Shown here piece by piece: positions 9,647 to 19,404 of a stretch of 64,000 nucleotides of DNA. The notes under the pieces were generated by a model that saw only the letters and a program-made list of their open reading frames with translations, was not told where the DNA came from and did no database searches. The DNA is from Candidatus Peregrinibacteria bacterium GW2011_GWC2_39_14. GTDB lineage: Bacteria > Patescibacteriota > Gracilibacteria > UBA1369 > UBA12463. Every line of letters starts with the position of its first letter. The stretch's first letter is position 1. The position numbers were made by a program, and so were the translations under genes. The stretch spans positions 10,514-74,513 of the forward strand of contig LBWJ01000008.1 in the NCBI GenBank assembly GCA_000993595.1, given 5' to 3'.

Positions 9647-10894
9647 TTATTTTCTTAAATCTATAATCCTTTTAATCTTTCCCGTGGACCTTACCCTTTC
9701 AATGCTGTTTTTTGCAACGCATACAATTTCAAAAGAATGAATTCTGCCGGTTTGAAGCTCGCTTTCCAAATCTTGTATTTCAGATATACATTTTTCTTTT
9801 ATCCTTCCGGCTAAATTGGTTGAAGGGCTTTCAGATTCAATCATTATTTTAATTGCATCGCGATGGTTGTAGTTGCCTACTATAATTTGAAAAGCATCTG
9901 AACATTCCGGGAATTTGCTAAGAATATTTCTGATTTGATCAACGGCAACATGGAGGCTTGCCGAAACAATCATGTCTTGGCTTCTGCCTTTAACGTTAAG
10001 CGTTTGAGTTTCGCCACCACATTCGCATTCGTCGGTTGTTAACGCCCCGATGTCTCCGGTTCTATATCTAACTAATGGTATTAATCTTCTTTTTAGAGTG
10101 GTAATAATTATCTCTCCGAATTGTTCATCTGGCACAATATTCCCTGTTTCAGGATCAACAATTTCGACATATTGATAAGGGAAAACGTGATAATCGCTCA
10201 AGGTTTTATTGGCACATTGATATCCTATGGCAGCACTTTCCATGCATCCATATGCGGATTTCACGACTGCATTAGGAAAAATCTTGCATAGATAATCGAG
10301 CGTAGATTGAAAAACTTTTTCACCAAGACAATATATTTTGTTAACTTTTGCTCTGGCCTCATCATCATTTTTTAAATAATCAGCTACTGTCAAAATAGTT
10401 GAAGGCATGCCGGTAAAGCAGTTGGCGCCGAATCGTTTAACGAAAAATTTTATTTGTGCCATGGCTTCTTCGTCCAACCTTGTTCCGCCTTGGGGTATGA
10501 TTCTGCATCCAAGATGAGAAAGAGCTATGTTTGTTGTAGAAAAAACACCCCAAATGCCGGGCATAAAAAGATTTATAACCGTATCGGCGGGACCAAGGTT
10601 TAACCCTTGAAAATATTCATGCTGGTCGCCAATATCGTCAAAATCTCTAAGAATCAATCTGGGCTCAGACGTAGTGCCTCCCGATGAAAACACAAAACAA
10701 CCGGCAGGATTTTTTGCGCAAAGGTCGTTGTTATTAGGCGGAGTATTCTGTCGATATGTTTTATTGTCTAAAAAAGGAATAGCGTGAAAATCTTCGAGTT
10801 TATCAACGGCCTGTGTTGGTAAAACCCTTTCATAATAAGGAGCTTGTTTTGCATATTCTACGGCACTTGAGATGTCTCCGATTCTATTCATCAT
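9647..10894 (-). CDS. phenylacetate-CoA ligase (PaaK)-like adenylate-forming enzyme
   Basis: SSGGTTSEP P-loop, YGCMES, VEIVDPETG, RYRTGD, GRSQD, TGKIKRIID. Confidence 0.9.
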   Translation of the reverse strand: MMNRIGDISSAVEYAKQAPYYERVLPTQAVDKLEDFHAIPFLDNKTYRQNTPPNNNDLCAKNPAGCFVFSSGGTTSEPRLILRDFDDIGDQHEYFQGLNLGPADTVINLFMPGIWGVFSTTNIALSHLGCRIIPQGGTRLDEEAMAQIKFFVKRFGANCFTGMPSTILTVADYLKNDDEARAKVNKIYCLGEKVFQSTLDYLCKIFPNAVVKSAYGCMESAAIGYQCANKTLSDYHVFPYQYVEIVDPETGNIVPDEQFGEIIITTLKRRLIPLVRYRTGDIGALTTDECECGGETQTLNVKGRSQDMIVSASLHVAVDQIRNILSKFPECSDAFQIIVGNYNHRDAIKIMIESESPSTNLAGRIKEKCISEIQDLESELQTGRIHSFEIVCVAKNSIERVRSTGKIKRIIDLRK

Positions 10895-11907
10895 TGAGTT
10901 GTTATTGGCAGTGATTGGTCGTCACTTTCTACATTAAAGCTTGATTGTAAAGCGTCAAAGTCTCCACTAAACTGAAAAACTAATTTGGCCGCCAAGTCTA
11001 ATTCATCAAGCCCATGTACCCTGGCAAGCTCTTTCAGTTTTTTATCAGTTGCAAGAGTGACGCCATGTAAAGCGTAAAGTATAAATTTATATTGTTCGGT
11101 GAAAACAGCTTGTGCGGGAAGTGCGCTATAGACATTTTCAAAAAAATATCTCATAGCCGGAATAAGAGCTTTGCTGTCATAGCCTTCCTTTTTAAGTCTT
11201 TCGAAAAGAACAAACATTTTTTCCGTTCTTGCGTTGCCGGCGCCTTTGCCAAAACCAAGCAGTGATCCATCTAAGAATTCCGCGCCACAGTTCATGGCTT
11301 CCAGGGAATTCGCCTCAGCAAAACCCATGTTATCATGAGGGTGAAATCCCAAAAGAATATCAGTGCGTCTTCTAAGCTCCGATATGCGTCTTCTAACATC
11401 TTCGGGCAACATCGTTCCATTGGTGTCGGCAAGATAAAAAATATCAGTACCATTGCCTTCGGCTTCTAGCATAGCATTAGCGCATTCATCTGCAGAATAC
11501 TGACTTGATCTAATTAAACTGACAGCAACTTGGAGTCCATTTTTTTTAAAATAATCAATTGGCTTTGCGGTCTGTTTTATTTCCCATCTGTTACAGCCTA
11601 GCCTAACCATGTCAACGCTCTGAAAAAAAACATCCGAATATAGTCCGGGATTAAAACCATCAGGTAATAGCATAGTCGCTATTTTAGTCCTTGTGCCTTC
11701 GAAAAGCGCAGCCACTCTGGCGATAAACTCCTCGTTATAATCTCTTAACGAAAAAACTCCATTTTTTGGTGGTTGTATGTATGAAGGTTCTACGTAATCA
11801 ATCCCGGAATGTTTCAATCTCTTAAGAGTCTCAAGCACATGCGTTTCGCTTGGATGTAAGCCATCTACGTTTGTAGTCTCTCTGAATGTAACGTCCATGT
11901 ATTGCAT
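10891..11907 (-). CDS. DRE-TIM (HMGL-like) metallo-aldolase/synthase, 4-hydroxy-2-oxovalerate aldolase-like
   Basis: DVTFRE, YLADTNG, GFHPHDN (HxH metal site), GFGKGAGN. Confidence 0.85.
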   Translation of the reverse strand: MQYMDVTFRETTNVDGLHPSETHVLETLKRLKHSGIDYVEPSYIQPPKNGVFSLRDYNEEFIARVAALFEGTRTKIATMLLPDGFNPGLYSDVFFQSVDMVRLGCNRWEIKQTAKPIDYFKKNGLQVAVSLIRSSQYSADECANAMLEAEGNGTDIFYLADTNGTMLPEDVRRRISELRRRTDILLGFHPHDNMGFAEANSLEAMNCGAEFLDGSLLGFGKGAGNARTEKMFVLFERLKKEGYDSKALIPAMRYFFENVYSALPAQAVFTEQYKFILYALHGVTLATDKKLKELARVHGLDELDLAAKLVFQFSGDFDALQSSFNVESDDQSLPITTQ

Positions 11908-11912
11908 AAGAT

Positions 11913-12563
11913 TTACCTCAAAGGTTGGTTATATTTAAACGTCCTTCTTGCTTCATCTAGACGCATGCCGCCTATGACTGCTGAACGTATTTTATCTTCA
12001 ACTTCATGTATTTTTTGTGAACCTTCAAGAACAAGTTCAATATTGTGTTTAGGTACAACGATAACGCCGCTTTTGTCGGCCCTGATAAAATCACCGGGAT
12101 TAACAGTAACTCCTGATAGGGTTATATTTTCTTGAACAGATGCGAGTCTAACTCTATTTTTGCCAGTCCTCATAAAAGCATGTTTTGAAAAAACGGGATA
12201 ATCAGAGCTGGATATTACAGAGAGATCTCTGCATGATCCATCTATAACGGTACCGGCAAGTTTACGCATCCCTGCGACAAGAGTGAGGATGTCTCCCCAA
12301 ACCGTACAATTATCAATCCCGCCATTATCGATGACAACGACACTGCCTTCAGGAACATCATCTATGTAATCGCCAGCTTTTGCGGAAACGCCAGGTGATA
12401 CAGGTTCAAATTTGACAGTAAAAACAGTGCCAGTTATTTCGGTATTTCTACTCCTTGGAGCTATACCAAGGCAAGCGCCATTTATATGTAAATTGTCCAA
12501 TGCATCAGATATTTCAGGCGTGTCGTATTTTGACAGCAAGGATATTAATTCATTTTGCTCCAT
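11913..12563 (-). CDS. RraA family / HMG-aldolase-like protein
   Basis: DTPEISDAL, VWGDIL, VIDGSCRD, VNPGDFIRADKSGVIVVP. Confidence 0.9.
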   Translation of the reverse strand: MEQNELISLLSKYDTPEISDALDNLHINGACLGIAPRSRNTEITGTVFTVKFEPVSPGVSAKAGDYIDDVPEGSVVVIDNGGIDNCTVWGDILTLVAGMRKLAGTVIDGSCRDLSVISSSDYPVFSKHAFMRTGKNRVRLASVQENITLSGVTVNPGDFIRADKSGVIVVPKHNIELVLEGSQKIHEVEDKIRSAVIGGMRLDEARRTFKYNQPLR

Positions 12564-13143
12564 AGCGATTGTGGTGAGTTATGGAGTCAGGGTCTCTTTT
12601 TGGGAGTAAAATATTTTGACCTGCGTCCAGCGAATAAACTGTGCCATTTGTCACTGGAACTACGGTCGAGGTATGAGCTGGATAGCCAAGTCCTATTAAT
12701 GAATCTACCTTATGCGTTTCAGGAACGCTTAAAAGTTGAGAAAGTGCCACTCTGTTTATGCAATGTAAAAATACGCTTTCTATGTCAAGGCTATGTGCGT
12801 AAAGCATTATATTTTGAGCTGCTGCGCCAGCATCATATTCATATCCGACGTCTCTTATTGTTCTATTAACCAGCATTGCAATATAGGAATTTGGTGCAAA
12901 TACTGGATCAGCGAATGCGGTATTTACCTTATTTCTTGTGCCCCATAAAATATTTGCAAATACTTGTTCGCATAATTCAGGGTCTTTTATCAAAACATAT
13001 TCCAGCGGCTGATCATTCATTCTGCTTGGGCATAAAGAAGCAAGGTGTGCCATTTCTTTCATTTCATCAAGGGGAACGTCTTTAGCGTGATTAAACTTTC
13101 TAATCGTTCTTCTGCTGGCTATGATTTCACCTACTGCATTCAT
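12550..13143 (-). CDS. nitroreductase family flavoprotein
   Basis: SRRTIRKF, CPSRMNDQP, DAGAAAQNIMLYA, IGLGYP. Confidence 0.9.
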   Translation of the reverse strand: MNAVGEIIASRRTIRKFNHAKDVPLDEMKEMAHLASLCPSRMNDQPLEYVLIKDPELCEQVFANILWGTRNKVNTAFADPVFAPNSYIAMLVNRTIRDVGYEYDAGAAAQNIMLYAHSLDIESVFLHCINRVALSQLLSVPETHKVDSLIGLGYPAHTSTVVPVTNGTVYSLDAGQNILLPKRDPDSITHHNRYGAK

Positions 13144-13154
13144 TGTATTGTTTT

Positions 13155-14285
13155 TTAAACGATATCTTCAAAGCACGCTCCGCTATTGAATAAAGCGCCG
13201 TTCCCTTTTTTATAAACCACTCTGCACGGGCATCCATAGCAACCTTCTTCTTTGTGCTCTACGCAAGTTCTACATTTACCGGAAACATTATCTAAAATAT
13301 TTCTAACCTTCTCCACCTCAGGGCTGAGCCATAAATCCGCAAGAGATTGTTCTCGAATATTGCCGATATGCGGAAGTCCAATACACGGAGCAACGTCTCC
13401 CATGATCGTAACCATAATGTGATACAAGTAATAATTACAATGGATTCCGGCGTATGGAGGCGCAGGCTTCCAATGAAAACCATATTCTTGTCTGTCTATT
13501 TCAGAGAGCTTTTCATACAGAGCTCGTAATTCACCAGGCGTTATTTGAAGATTCTCTTTTACAAATGGAGTAGCGGCTCTTTCGTTGGTGAGAAATGGCT
13601 TTACGAGTGGAAAAATATTATGTTCCCTGCACCATCTGAAGAGGCTTTCAATCTCATGTAAATTTTTTTTCATAACTAAAATATCAGCCCCGAGCTTAGT
13701 TGGAGCATTCTTATTAAAACCTGCTGCAATGAGTCTCTCCATTCCTTCGGCTCGTGCTCGTGCGTAGCCTTTTTTGCCGGCAAACCAATCTTGCAATCCC
13801 TCATCGAGACTATGGATTTTAACAATAACAGATGCATTTGCAGCCTTTAATTTATCAACAGCCTCATCCGTCATTCCGGCAGCGTGTGTAAAAATAACAG
13901 GCTTAAGCTCAAGAGATTTCATATAAGCAAGTTGGTCCCAAAAAATAGGATCAACCAAAGGTTCTCCTCTGCCGGCAATATGGACCATCTCTCCACCAAG
14001 AGCCTTGAATTGATCAAGCAAATCCCTTCGTTCACCTAATGTCATTTCGCCGGGCATAGGTGTTCCACTTTTTGTTTGGCAATAAACACAATGTAAATCA
14101 CATGCACCGCTTACTCCGGCATATATGTGTTTCAATAATCGTTTGTCTTTTATAAGCGCTAATTTATCCGAATCAAAAATACCCCATCCGTCTAAAACAG
14201 GCGGTTTTTGAAGTAGAGTGGCGCCCTGATCATCAGGGCAAGTGCTGGCTTCTATAAGTGGTGCGGATCGATTAGAATCAGACAT
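13155..14285 (-). CDS. radical SAM / SPASM-domain protein
   Basis: CDLHCVYC; GRGEP; C-terminal HC..GDVAPC..GNIRE..CRTC..CYGCPC. Confidence 0.92.
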   Translation of the reverse strand: MSDSNRSAPLIEASTCPDDQGATLLQKPPVLDGWGIFDSDKLALIKDKRLLKHIYAGVSGACDLHCVYCQTKSGTPMPGEMTLGERRDLLDQFKALGGEMVHIAGRGEPLVDPIFWDQLAYMKSLELKPVIFTHAAGMTDEAVDKLKAANASVIVKIHSLDEGLQDWFAGKKGYARARAEGMERLIAAGFNKNAPTKLGADILVMKKNLHEIESLFRWCREHNIFPLVKPFLTNERAATPFVKENLQITPGELRALYEKLSEIDRQEYGFHWKPAPPYAGIHCNYYLYHIMVTIMGDVAPCIGLPHIGNIREQSLADLWLSPEVEKVRNILDNVSGKCRTCVEHKEEGCYGCPCRVVYKKGNGALFNSGACFEDIV

Positions 14286-14300
14286 GAGGGTAAATAAATT

Positions 14301-16757
14301 TTATTGGATAATTTTAACGTCAAAGCTTTCGCCTTCTATAAATTGAATATTTTTAGCCTTCGAAAAGCCTTTTATATCATCAATAAATGGCTTTAAGGAT
14401 TCTAAAATTTTTGTAGGTCCATAAATTTCAAGAGTTTCTGATTCTGTTGAAAAAGCTATTCGTTCAGTCGTTCTAATGCGTCTTATATTGCCGATAAGAG
14501 TGATGAAATTATTCATTCCAAATCTTAAAGACTCATGCTCAGAGCCGTCTACTCCTTCCATGCCTTGCGGGTATTTAGTTTTATGGAGGCTTGATTCAGG
14601 TTCGTATTTTTTATAATAATGTTGATAAATTCCATCAGATACGTGTGGCATGTAAGGAGCAATGAATTGAAGAACGGCTTTAAGTCCAAGATAAAGAGCG
14701 GTTTGCGCAGATCTTTTTTTCTTTTCGCCTCCTTCGATCAATTCAGGGGAGCGTAATCGGGTTTTAACCATTTCCAGATAATTATCGCAAAAATCTTTCC
14801 AAAAGAAATTTTCAAACTCTTGACGTCCGGAACCAACTTCGTATTTTTCAAAAGTTGAATTCATAAGGTCTGCAACTTCTCTAATGCGTAATAAAAGCCA
14901 CTGATCCGTAGGTTCCATATCGGATTCGGCAACCATATCTTTTGTAGGGTCAAAATCTTCCAAATTGCCGATCGAAAATTTAGCGGCGTTCCACAGTTTT
15001 GTAATAAGTTTTTTACCTTTTAAAATTTCATTTTCGTCGAATACAACGTCTTTTCCCAAAGAGGCTCCACAAGCCCAATATCTGACGGCATCAGCAGAGT
15101 ATTTCGCAATAAGCTCTTCCGGCGATTCGGGGCCTTTTCCGCCGGCGCCTTTTGATTTGCTAAGTTTTTCTCCTTTTCGAGCTAAAACATGACCGGATAT
15201 CATGATATTACTCCAAGGAGCACTCTGCTCATGCAATTCACTCATCACTATGGTATAAAGTGCCCAAGTTCGGATAATGTCATGTGCTTGCGGTCTCAAG
15301 TCCATCGGATATACACGATTGTGCAAGTCGGCATTTTGCCCGCATCCCGCGTTGATTTGAGGAGTCAAAGAAGAGGTCGCCCATGTGTCTAATACGTCAG
15401 AATCCGCAATTATATCATCAGCGGTATGTTCTGCGGGCATGTTCAATGGTAGCTCTGCGTGTGGGTCAACAGGTAGCTGGCTTTCATCAGGAAAAATGAT
15501 TTCGCCGGTTTTTTTAGAGTACCAAACGGGGATTGGGACTCCATAATACCTTTGGCGAGAAATCGCCCAGTCCCATTTTAGATTACTTACCCATTGTAAA
15601 TACCTTTCTTTCATATACGGCGGATGCCATTTAATTTCATCGGCGCGTGCTATCAATTTATCTCTCATCTCCATTATTTTGATGAACCATTGTGCGATTG
15701 GAATTATTTCGATTGGCGTTCCACATCTTTCATGCACTCCGACATCGTGTTTTATTGGAATAGAGTCAATGAGATCTCCGGAAGTTTTTAATTTATCAAT
15801 TATTATTGCTCTTGCTTTATTGCAAGAAGCGCCATTGATTTCATCAATACCAGAGTCAACCATCCTGCCGTCTTTGCCGATAATTACTTTTTCAGGCAGG
15901 TGATGCTCTTTTATCCATTTCATGTCCTGCTCGTCTCCATAACTGCAACACATGACAACTCCAGTTCCTTTGTTTATACTAACAGCATCGTCCGCAATTA
16001 TTTTTACGGTATCGCCCAAAGGAGTGGTTATATTTTTGCCGATAAGGTTTTTATATCTTTCGTCTTCAGGGTGAACAAAAACAGCTACACATGCAGGCAA
16101 GAGTTCGGGACGAGTAGTCGCGATATTGACGCTACACCCATCTTCAAGTGTAAATTTTATAGTATGAAAAGATGAAGACAACTCCTTGTCGTCCACCTCT
16201 GCCTGAGCAACAGCAGTGCCGCATTCAGGACACCATAGAGTAGGAGAGTCCACTCTAACGGCGTTTCCCTGCTTTAACAGAGAGAGAAAGGAGGCTTGAG
16301 ACGTTCTACGTACTTCAGGAGAAATAGTTGAATATTCATATCTCCAGTCAACGCTTAATCCTAAACTCCTCCACAATTCCTTAAATTTTCTTCTATATCC
16401 TTCGGTTATTTCTAAGCATTTGTCCGTAAATTCTTCTCTCGTAAATTCGTTAGCCTTGTGTCCAATTTGTTTTTCCACAAGCCTTTCAGTAGGTAGTCCA
16501 TTATCATCAAATCCAAACGGATAAAAAACATTTAAGCCTTGCATTCTTTTATATCTCGCGAGAACTTCAGCTTGAGTATAAGAAAATATATGGCCAATAT
16601 GCATGTTGCCGGAAACGGTTGGAGGAGGCGTGTCTATAGAGTAAACCTGAGCAGGAGAGTCTAAGTCGAATGCATTTATGCCGTTTTGTTCCCATAAGTC
16701 CTGCAATCGTCCCTCTTCTTCCTGTGGGAAATGCTTATTTTCAAAAAATTCGTGCAT
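14301..16757 (-). CDS. valS: valyl-tRNA synthetase, archaeal-type (short C-terminus)
   Basis: IDTPPPTVSG, HIGH, GFDDNGLPTER, ATTRPELL, WAISRQR, RPQAHDIIRTW, KLSKS; no C-terminal coiled-coil arm. Confidence 0.93.
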   Translation of the reverse strand: MHEFFENKHFPQEEEGRLQDLWEQNGINAFDLDSPAQVYSIDTPPPTVSGNMHIGHIFSYTQAEVLARYKRMQGLNVFYPFGFDDNGLPTERLVEKQIGHKANEFTREEFTDKCLEITEGYRRKFKELWRSLGLSVDWRYEYSTISPEVRRTSQASFLSLLKQGNAVRVDSPTLWCPECGTAVAQAEVDDKELSSSFHTIKFTLEDGCSVNIATTRPELLPACVAVFVHPEDERYKNLIGKNITTPLGDTVKIIADDAVSINKGTGVVMCCSYGDEQDMKWIKEHHLPEKVIIGKDGRMVDSGIDEINGASCNKARAIIIDKLKTSGDLIDSIPIKHDVGVHERCGTPIEIIPIAQWFIKIMEMRDKLIARADEIKWHPPYMKERYLQWVSNLKWDWAISRQRYYGVPIPVWYSKKTGEIIFPDESQLPVDPHAELPLNMPAEHTADDIIADSDVLDTWATSSLTPQINAGCGQNADLHNRVYPMDLRPQAHDIIRTWALYTIVMSELHEQSAPWSNIMISGHVLARKGEKLSKSKGAGGKGPESPEELIAKYSADAVRYWACGASLGKDVVFDENEILKGKKLITKLWNAAKFSIGNLEDFDPTKDMVAESDMEPTDQWLLLRIREVADLMNSTFEKYEVGSGRQEFENFFWKDFCDNYLEMVKTRLRSPELIEGGEKKKRSAQTALYLGLKAVLQFIAPYMPHVSDGIYQHYYKKYEPESSLHKTKYPQGMEGVDGSEHESLRFGMNNFITLIGNIRRIRTTERIAFSTESETLEIYGPTKILESLKPFIDDIKGFSKAKNIQFIEGESFDVKIIQ

Positions 16758-16785
16758 AGCACATAAAATTAATAATTGGTGTATA

Positions 16786-16813
16786 ATTATAACCCTCTGC
16801 TTCTCTATGTCAA
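16786..16813 (-). promoter_or_regulatory. sigma70 promoter driving the valS-led operon
   Basis: Minus strand TTGACA-16 nt-TATAAT, about 30 nt before the valS ATG. Confidence 0.7.
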
Positions 16814-16844
16814 TGTGATATTATTTAGAGCAGAAGTTGTAAAT

Positions 16845-17504
16845 TTAATCGCGGATTATATCTATGATTTTTCTTAAAATTGGTTTCGCATTTCGCGCTG
16901 CAAAATTAGCCTTTTCAGAAAAATGCGATAATTGTAAGTCGGGATCTGGATGATATATCCAATCAGATACCCCCTTAACAACATGTGGGGTAACGCCATG
17001 TGTTTTACACCCCTTTACGGTCCAAAAGGCCTCCATATCAACAACGTCTCCAAGGTCTTTTAGTCTATCTAATTCCAAAATACCATCTTTCAATGAGACA
17101 TATCTATTGCCGGTCAACACTCTGGATAGCTCGAGCTCGCTATCGTCTCTCAATTTTGCCAGACTATCTGCTAGTTGGACGACTTTTTCTCCGTCTTGAT
17201 CATGAGACTGGGCTGATTCTGCAAGAACAACACTGCCTACAGGGAGCGCGCTATTTAGGGAGCCGGCAACTCCTATGTTTATAACATCTTTAATAGAAGG
17301 AAATCTATTTAAAAGATGCTCTATCCCCAAGGTAGCACACGATTGTCTCATTCCGGTCATCATCATTGCAAGATCGCCGCCTTCATAAATTCTAAAAGGG
17401 GCTTTTTCAATCTGCACCATGCCTAACTGGCGAGGATTTACTATCAATAGAGTTTCCCTAATAGTCGCGCATACAATTCCAATTTTTGGCCCATTGTTCA
17501 TCAA
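16845..17504 (-). CDS. MTA/SAH nucleosidase-like (PNP/UDP phosphorylase superfamily)
   Basis: IGIVCATIRE, INIGVAGSL, VLTGNRYV, VVDMEA, VKGVSD; upstream TTGACA-17-TAAAAT at 17527-17555. Confidence 0.8.
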   Translation of the reverse strand: MMNNGPKIGIVCATIRETLLIVNPRQLGMVQIEKAPFRIYEGGDLAMMMTGMRQSCATLGIEHLLNRFPSIKDVINIGVAGSLNSALPVGSVVLAESAQSHDQDGEKVVQLADSLAKLRDDSELELSRVLTGNRYVSLKDGILELDRLKDLGDVVDMEAFWTVKGCKTHGVTPHVVKGVSDWIYHPDPDLQLSHFSEKANFAARNAKPILRKIIDIIRD

Positions 17505-17592
17505 ATATTTTTTAGAATAAGAGCCAATTTTAAAAGTATTCTACGGTTATGTCAAACGCATGGGTAGATAAATAACGAAAATATCTGTCCAA

Positions 17593-19401
17593 CTATCTCA
17601 CAATTTCCACCGTGATATTGTCCGGTATCGAAGGCACAGTCGGCGCCCAAGCCGGCCAGCTTTTTGTTTCGACTTTTTCAACTTCAGGCAAATTTCTCAC
17701 AAAATCTTTTGCGTCACTAATCTTTTTGCCCGTTATATTTTCTTTAATTTTTCTAACCAATTGCGCACCGAGTTCTTGCGAAGCGTCCAAGTCAAATTCT
17801 TCCGCAGCTTTAATTGTAGCCGTTATTTTTATATGTCCGGTATTTTTATCAATATCAAAAACCCTATAGCTCAGCGATCCTTCATCGATTCTTGCGATTC
17901 TTTTTTGCGGACTTTGTTTGGTTTTTATTTCCGCTTTCAGAATTTCAAGAACCTCGGTTTTGTTGAAGTAATAGCCTTTCAAATCAACTTCGCCATAAAC
18001 GTCAAATTGATCCTGAATTTTTTCTTCAAGCGTGTTATCAACGCTTACTCTTGGTTCGGAAATATCAATTGCGAATTTATTATTTACCAAATCAAATTTC
18101 ATCTTTTCAGCGAGAGAGGAGTTTTTCTCATTAACCGCTTTCACAAGCTCATCTGCAGCGGTATTAGCAAGAGTTGTTTTCATGTTTTTAACAGCGGTTT
18201 TCAAGTCTTCCTTTGAAATCTTTTTGCTAAAATCACTTTTTCCACCTGTCATTGGAGTCGAACTTTCCCCGTATAATTGTTGTTGCGTGCTACCCATAAG
18301 CGCCGGCAAAATAAATTTGGTTGGTCCAAGGTTTCCGCGATCTCCAATCACATTTCCGTTCGCATCAAATTCATCGGCAAAAACCGGAACTTCAAGTTTT
18401 CCCGGATTCACGCCATCAGACTTCGGCACAACAACAGGCGATTGAATTCGGAAAACAACGCCATCCGCATTTTGAAATCTTGTTTTTGCAATAAGTGGCC
18501 TTGTATCAGTCGTATTATTTATAATCGTAAGTTTTCCTGATGCATTAGACCCTTTAAAGATTTTTCCCGTCGCAGAAAATGAATTCGTTTTTTTAACAGC
18601 CAGTGTAATTTGATGCATGGCAAGAACTCGTGGCTGATGCGAATCAACTTCGCCCTTATTCTTTTCATAATCAGAAAGCAAAACATTTGAAGACTGTTCA
18701 AGAACGCTTGATTTTGGCGTTATATAGATCGTAATTCCCGGCAAGGCGATATATGCAATTATCAAAAGCACGACAACGCTGATGGAAATAAGCGCAACAA
18801 GTGCTTGCTTGTTTGGCGCAATCAAAACCAGTTTTCGATTAACAGGATCAGTCACCGGCACAACATCTTCATGACTGCTTTTTCTTTTAAAAATATTAAA
18901 TCCTTTTGGCATCATTGAAGGCCTTTCGCGTTTACTTCCGCGCCCAATCAAATCAACAATTGAAACCTTTTTGCTGGAAAGCCTTGTTGGAGTTTCATCT
19001 TCCATCGTATTTACAGACGCTTTTAAAGGACTGATTTTTATTTCTTTATCATCTTTATTTTTCCATTGTGAAAGAATCGGAAGTCCACCCATGTCTACGC
19101 GATTATAAACAGGCACGCCAATCTGTCCGCACAAATGAATTCCATTCGTATCGCTCGTTATAATCGACATTTTTTTGCCCAAATCTTCAATCTTCTTCTT
19201 TAAAATTTTGAGATTCACAAGGCTCTGGAAGATCATTGCTTGTTTTGGCGCAACAATGTAAATATCATTCATTTTTGTCTCATGCGCACGATCAAAAATA
19301 GTCGTGACTTCATCATCTATTTCCGCATAAATAATTTTTTTTGCGGGAACGATTTTTTCTTCCGGCGAAGTATTTTCTTGTTGTGAGGTTTTGTCTGTCA
19401 T
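17593..19401 (-). CDS. conserved CPR membrane protein, baseplate-J-like periplasmic region
   Basis: N-terminal IYAEIDDEVTTI..SLVNLKILKK, single TM, A.GKLTIIN..L.AKTRF, GN; lies directly downstream of the ftsA-like gene as commonly seen in CPR genomes. Confidence 0.6.
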   Translation of the reverse strand: MTDKTSQQENTSPEEKIVPAKKIIYAEIDDEVTTIFDRAHETKMNDIYIVAPKQAMIFQSLVNLKILKKKIEDLGKKMSIITSDTNGIHLCGQIGVPVYNRVDMGGLPILSQWKNKDDKEIKISPLKASVNTMEDETPTRLSSKKVSIVDLIGRGSKRERPSMMPKGFNIFKRKSSHEDVVPVTDPVNRKLVLIAPNKQALVALISISVVVLLIIAYIALPGITIYITPKSSVLEQSSNVLLSDYEKNKGEVDSHQPRVLAMHQITLAVKKTNSFSATGKIFKGSNASGKLTIINNTTDTRPLIAKTRFQNADGVVFRIQSPVVVPKSDGVNPGKLEVPVFADEFDANGNVIGDRGNLGPTKFILPALMGSTQQQLYGESSTPMTGGKSDFSKKISKEDLKTAVKNMKTTLANTAADELVKAVNEKNSSLAEKMKFDLVNNKFAIDISEPRVSVDNTLEEKIQDQFDVYGEVDLKGYYFNKTEVLEILKAEIKTKQSPQKRIARIDEGSLSYRVFDIDKNTGHIKITATIKAAEEFDLDASQELGAQLVRKIKENITGKKISDAKDFVRNLPEVEKVETKSWPAWAPTVPSIPDNITVEIVR

Positions 19402-19404
19402 GTT

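Noticed and set aside
8566-14285. RiPP interpretation of the two SPASM enzymes
   Set aside because: No precursor peptide ORF, RRE/PqqD domain, peptidase or exporter is visible, and the intergenic gaps are too short.
17593-19401. Prophage or contractile injection system suggested by the baseplate-J-like protein
   Set aside because: No sheath, tube, terminase or integrase genes nearby.
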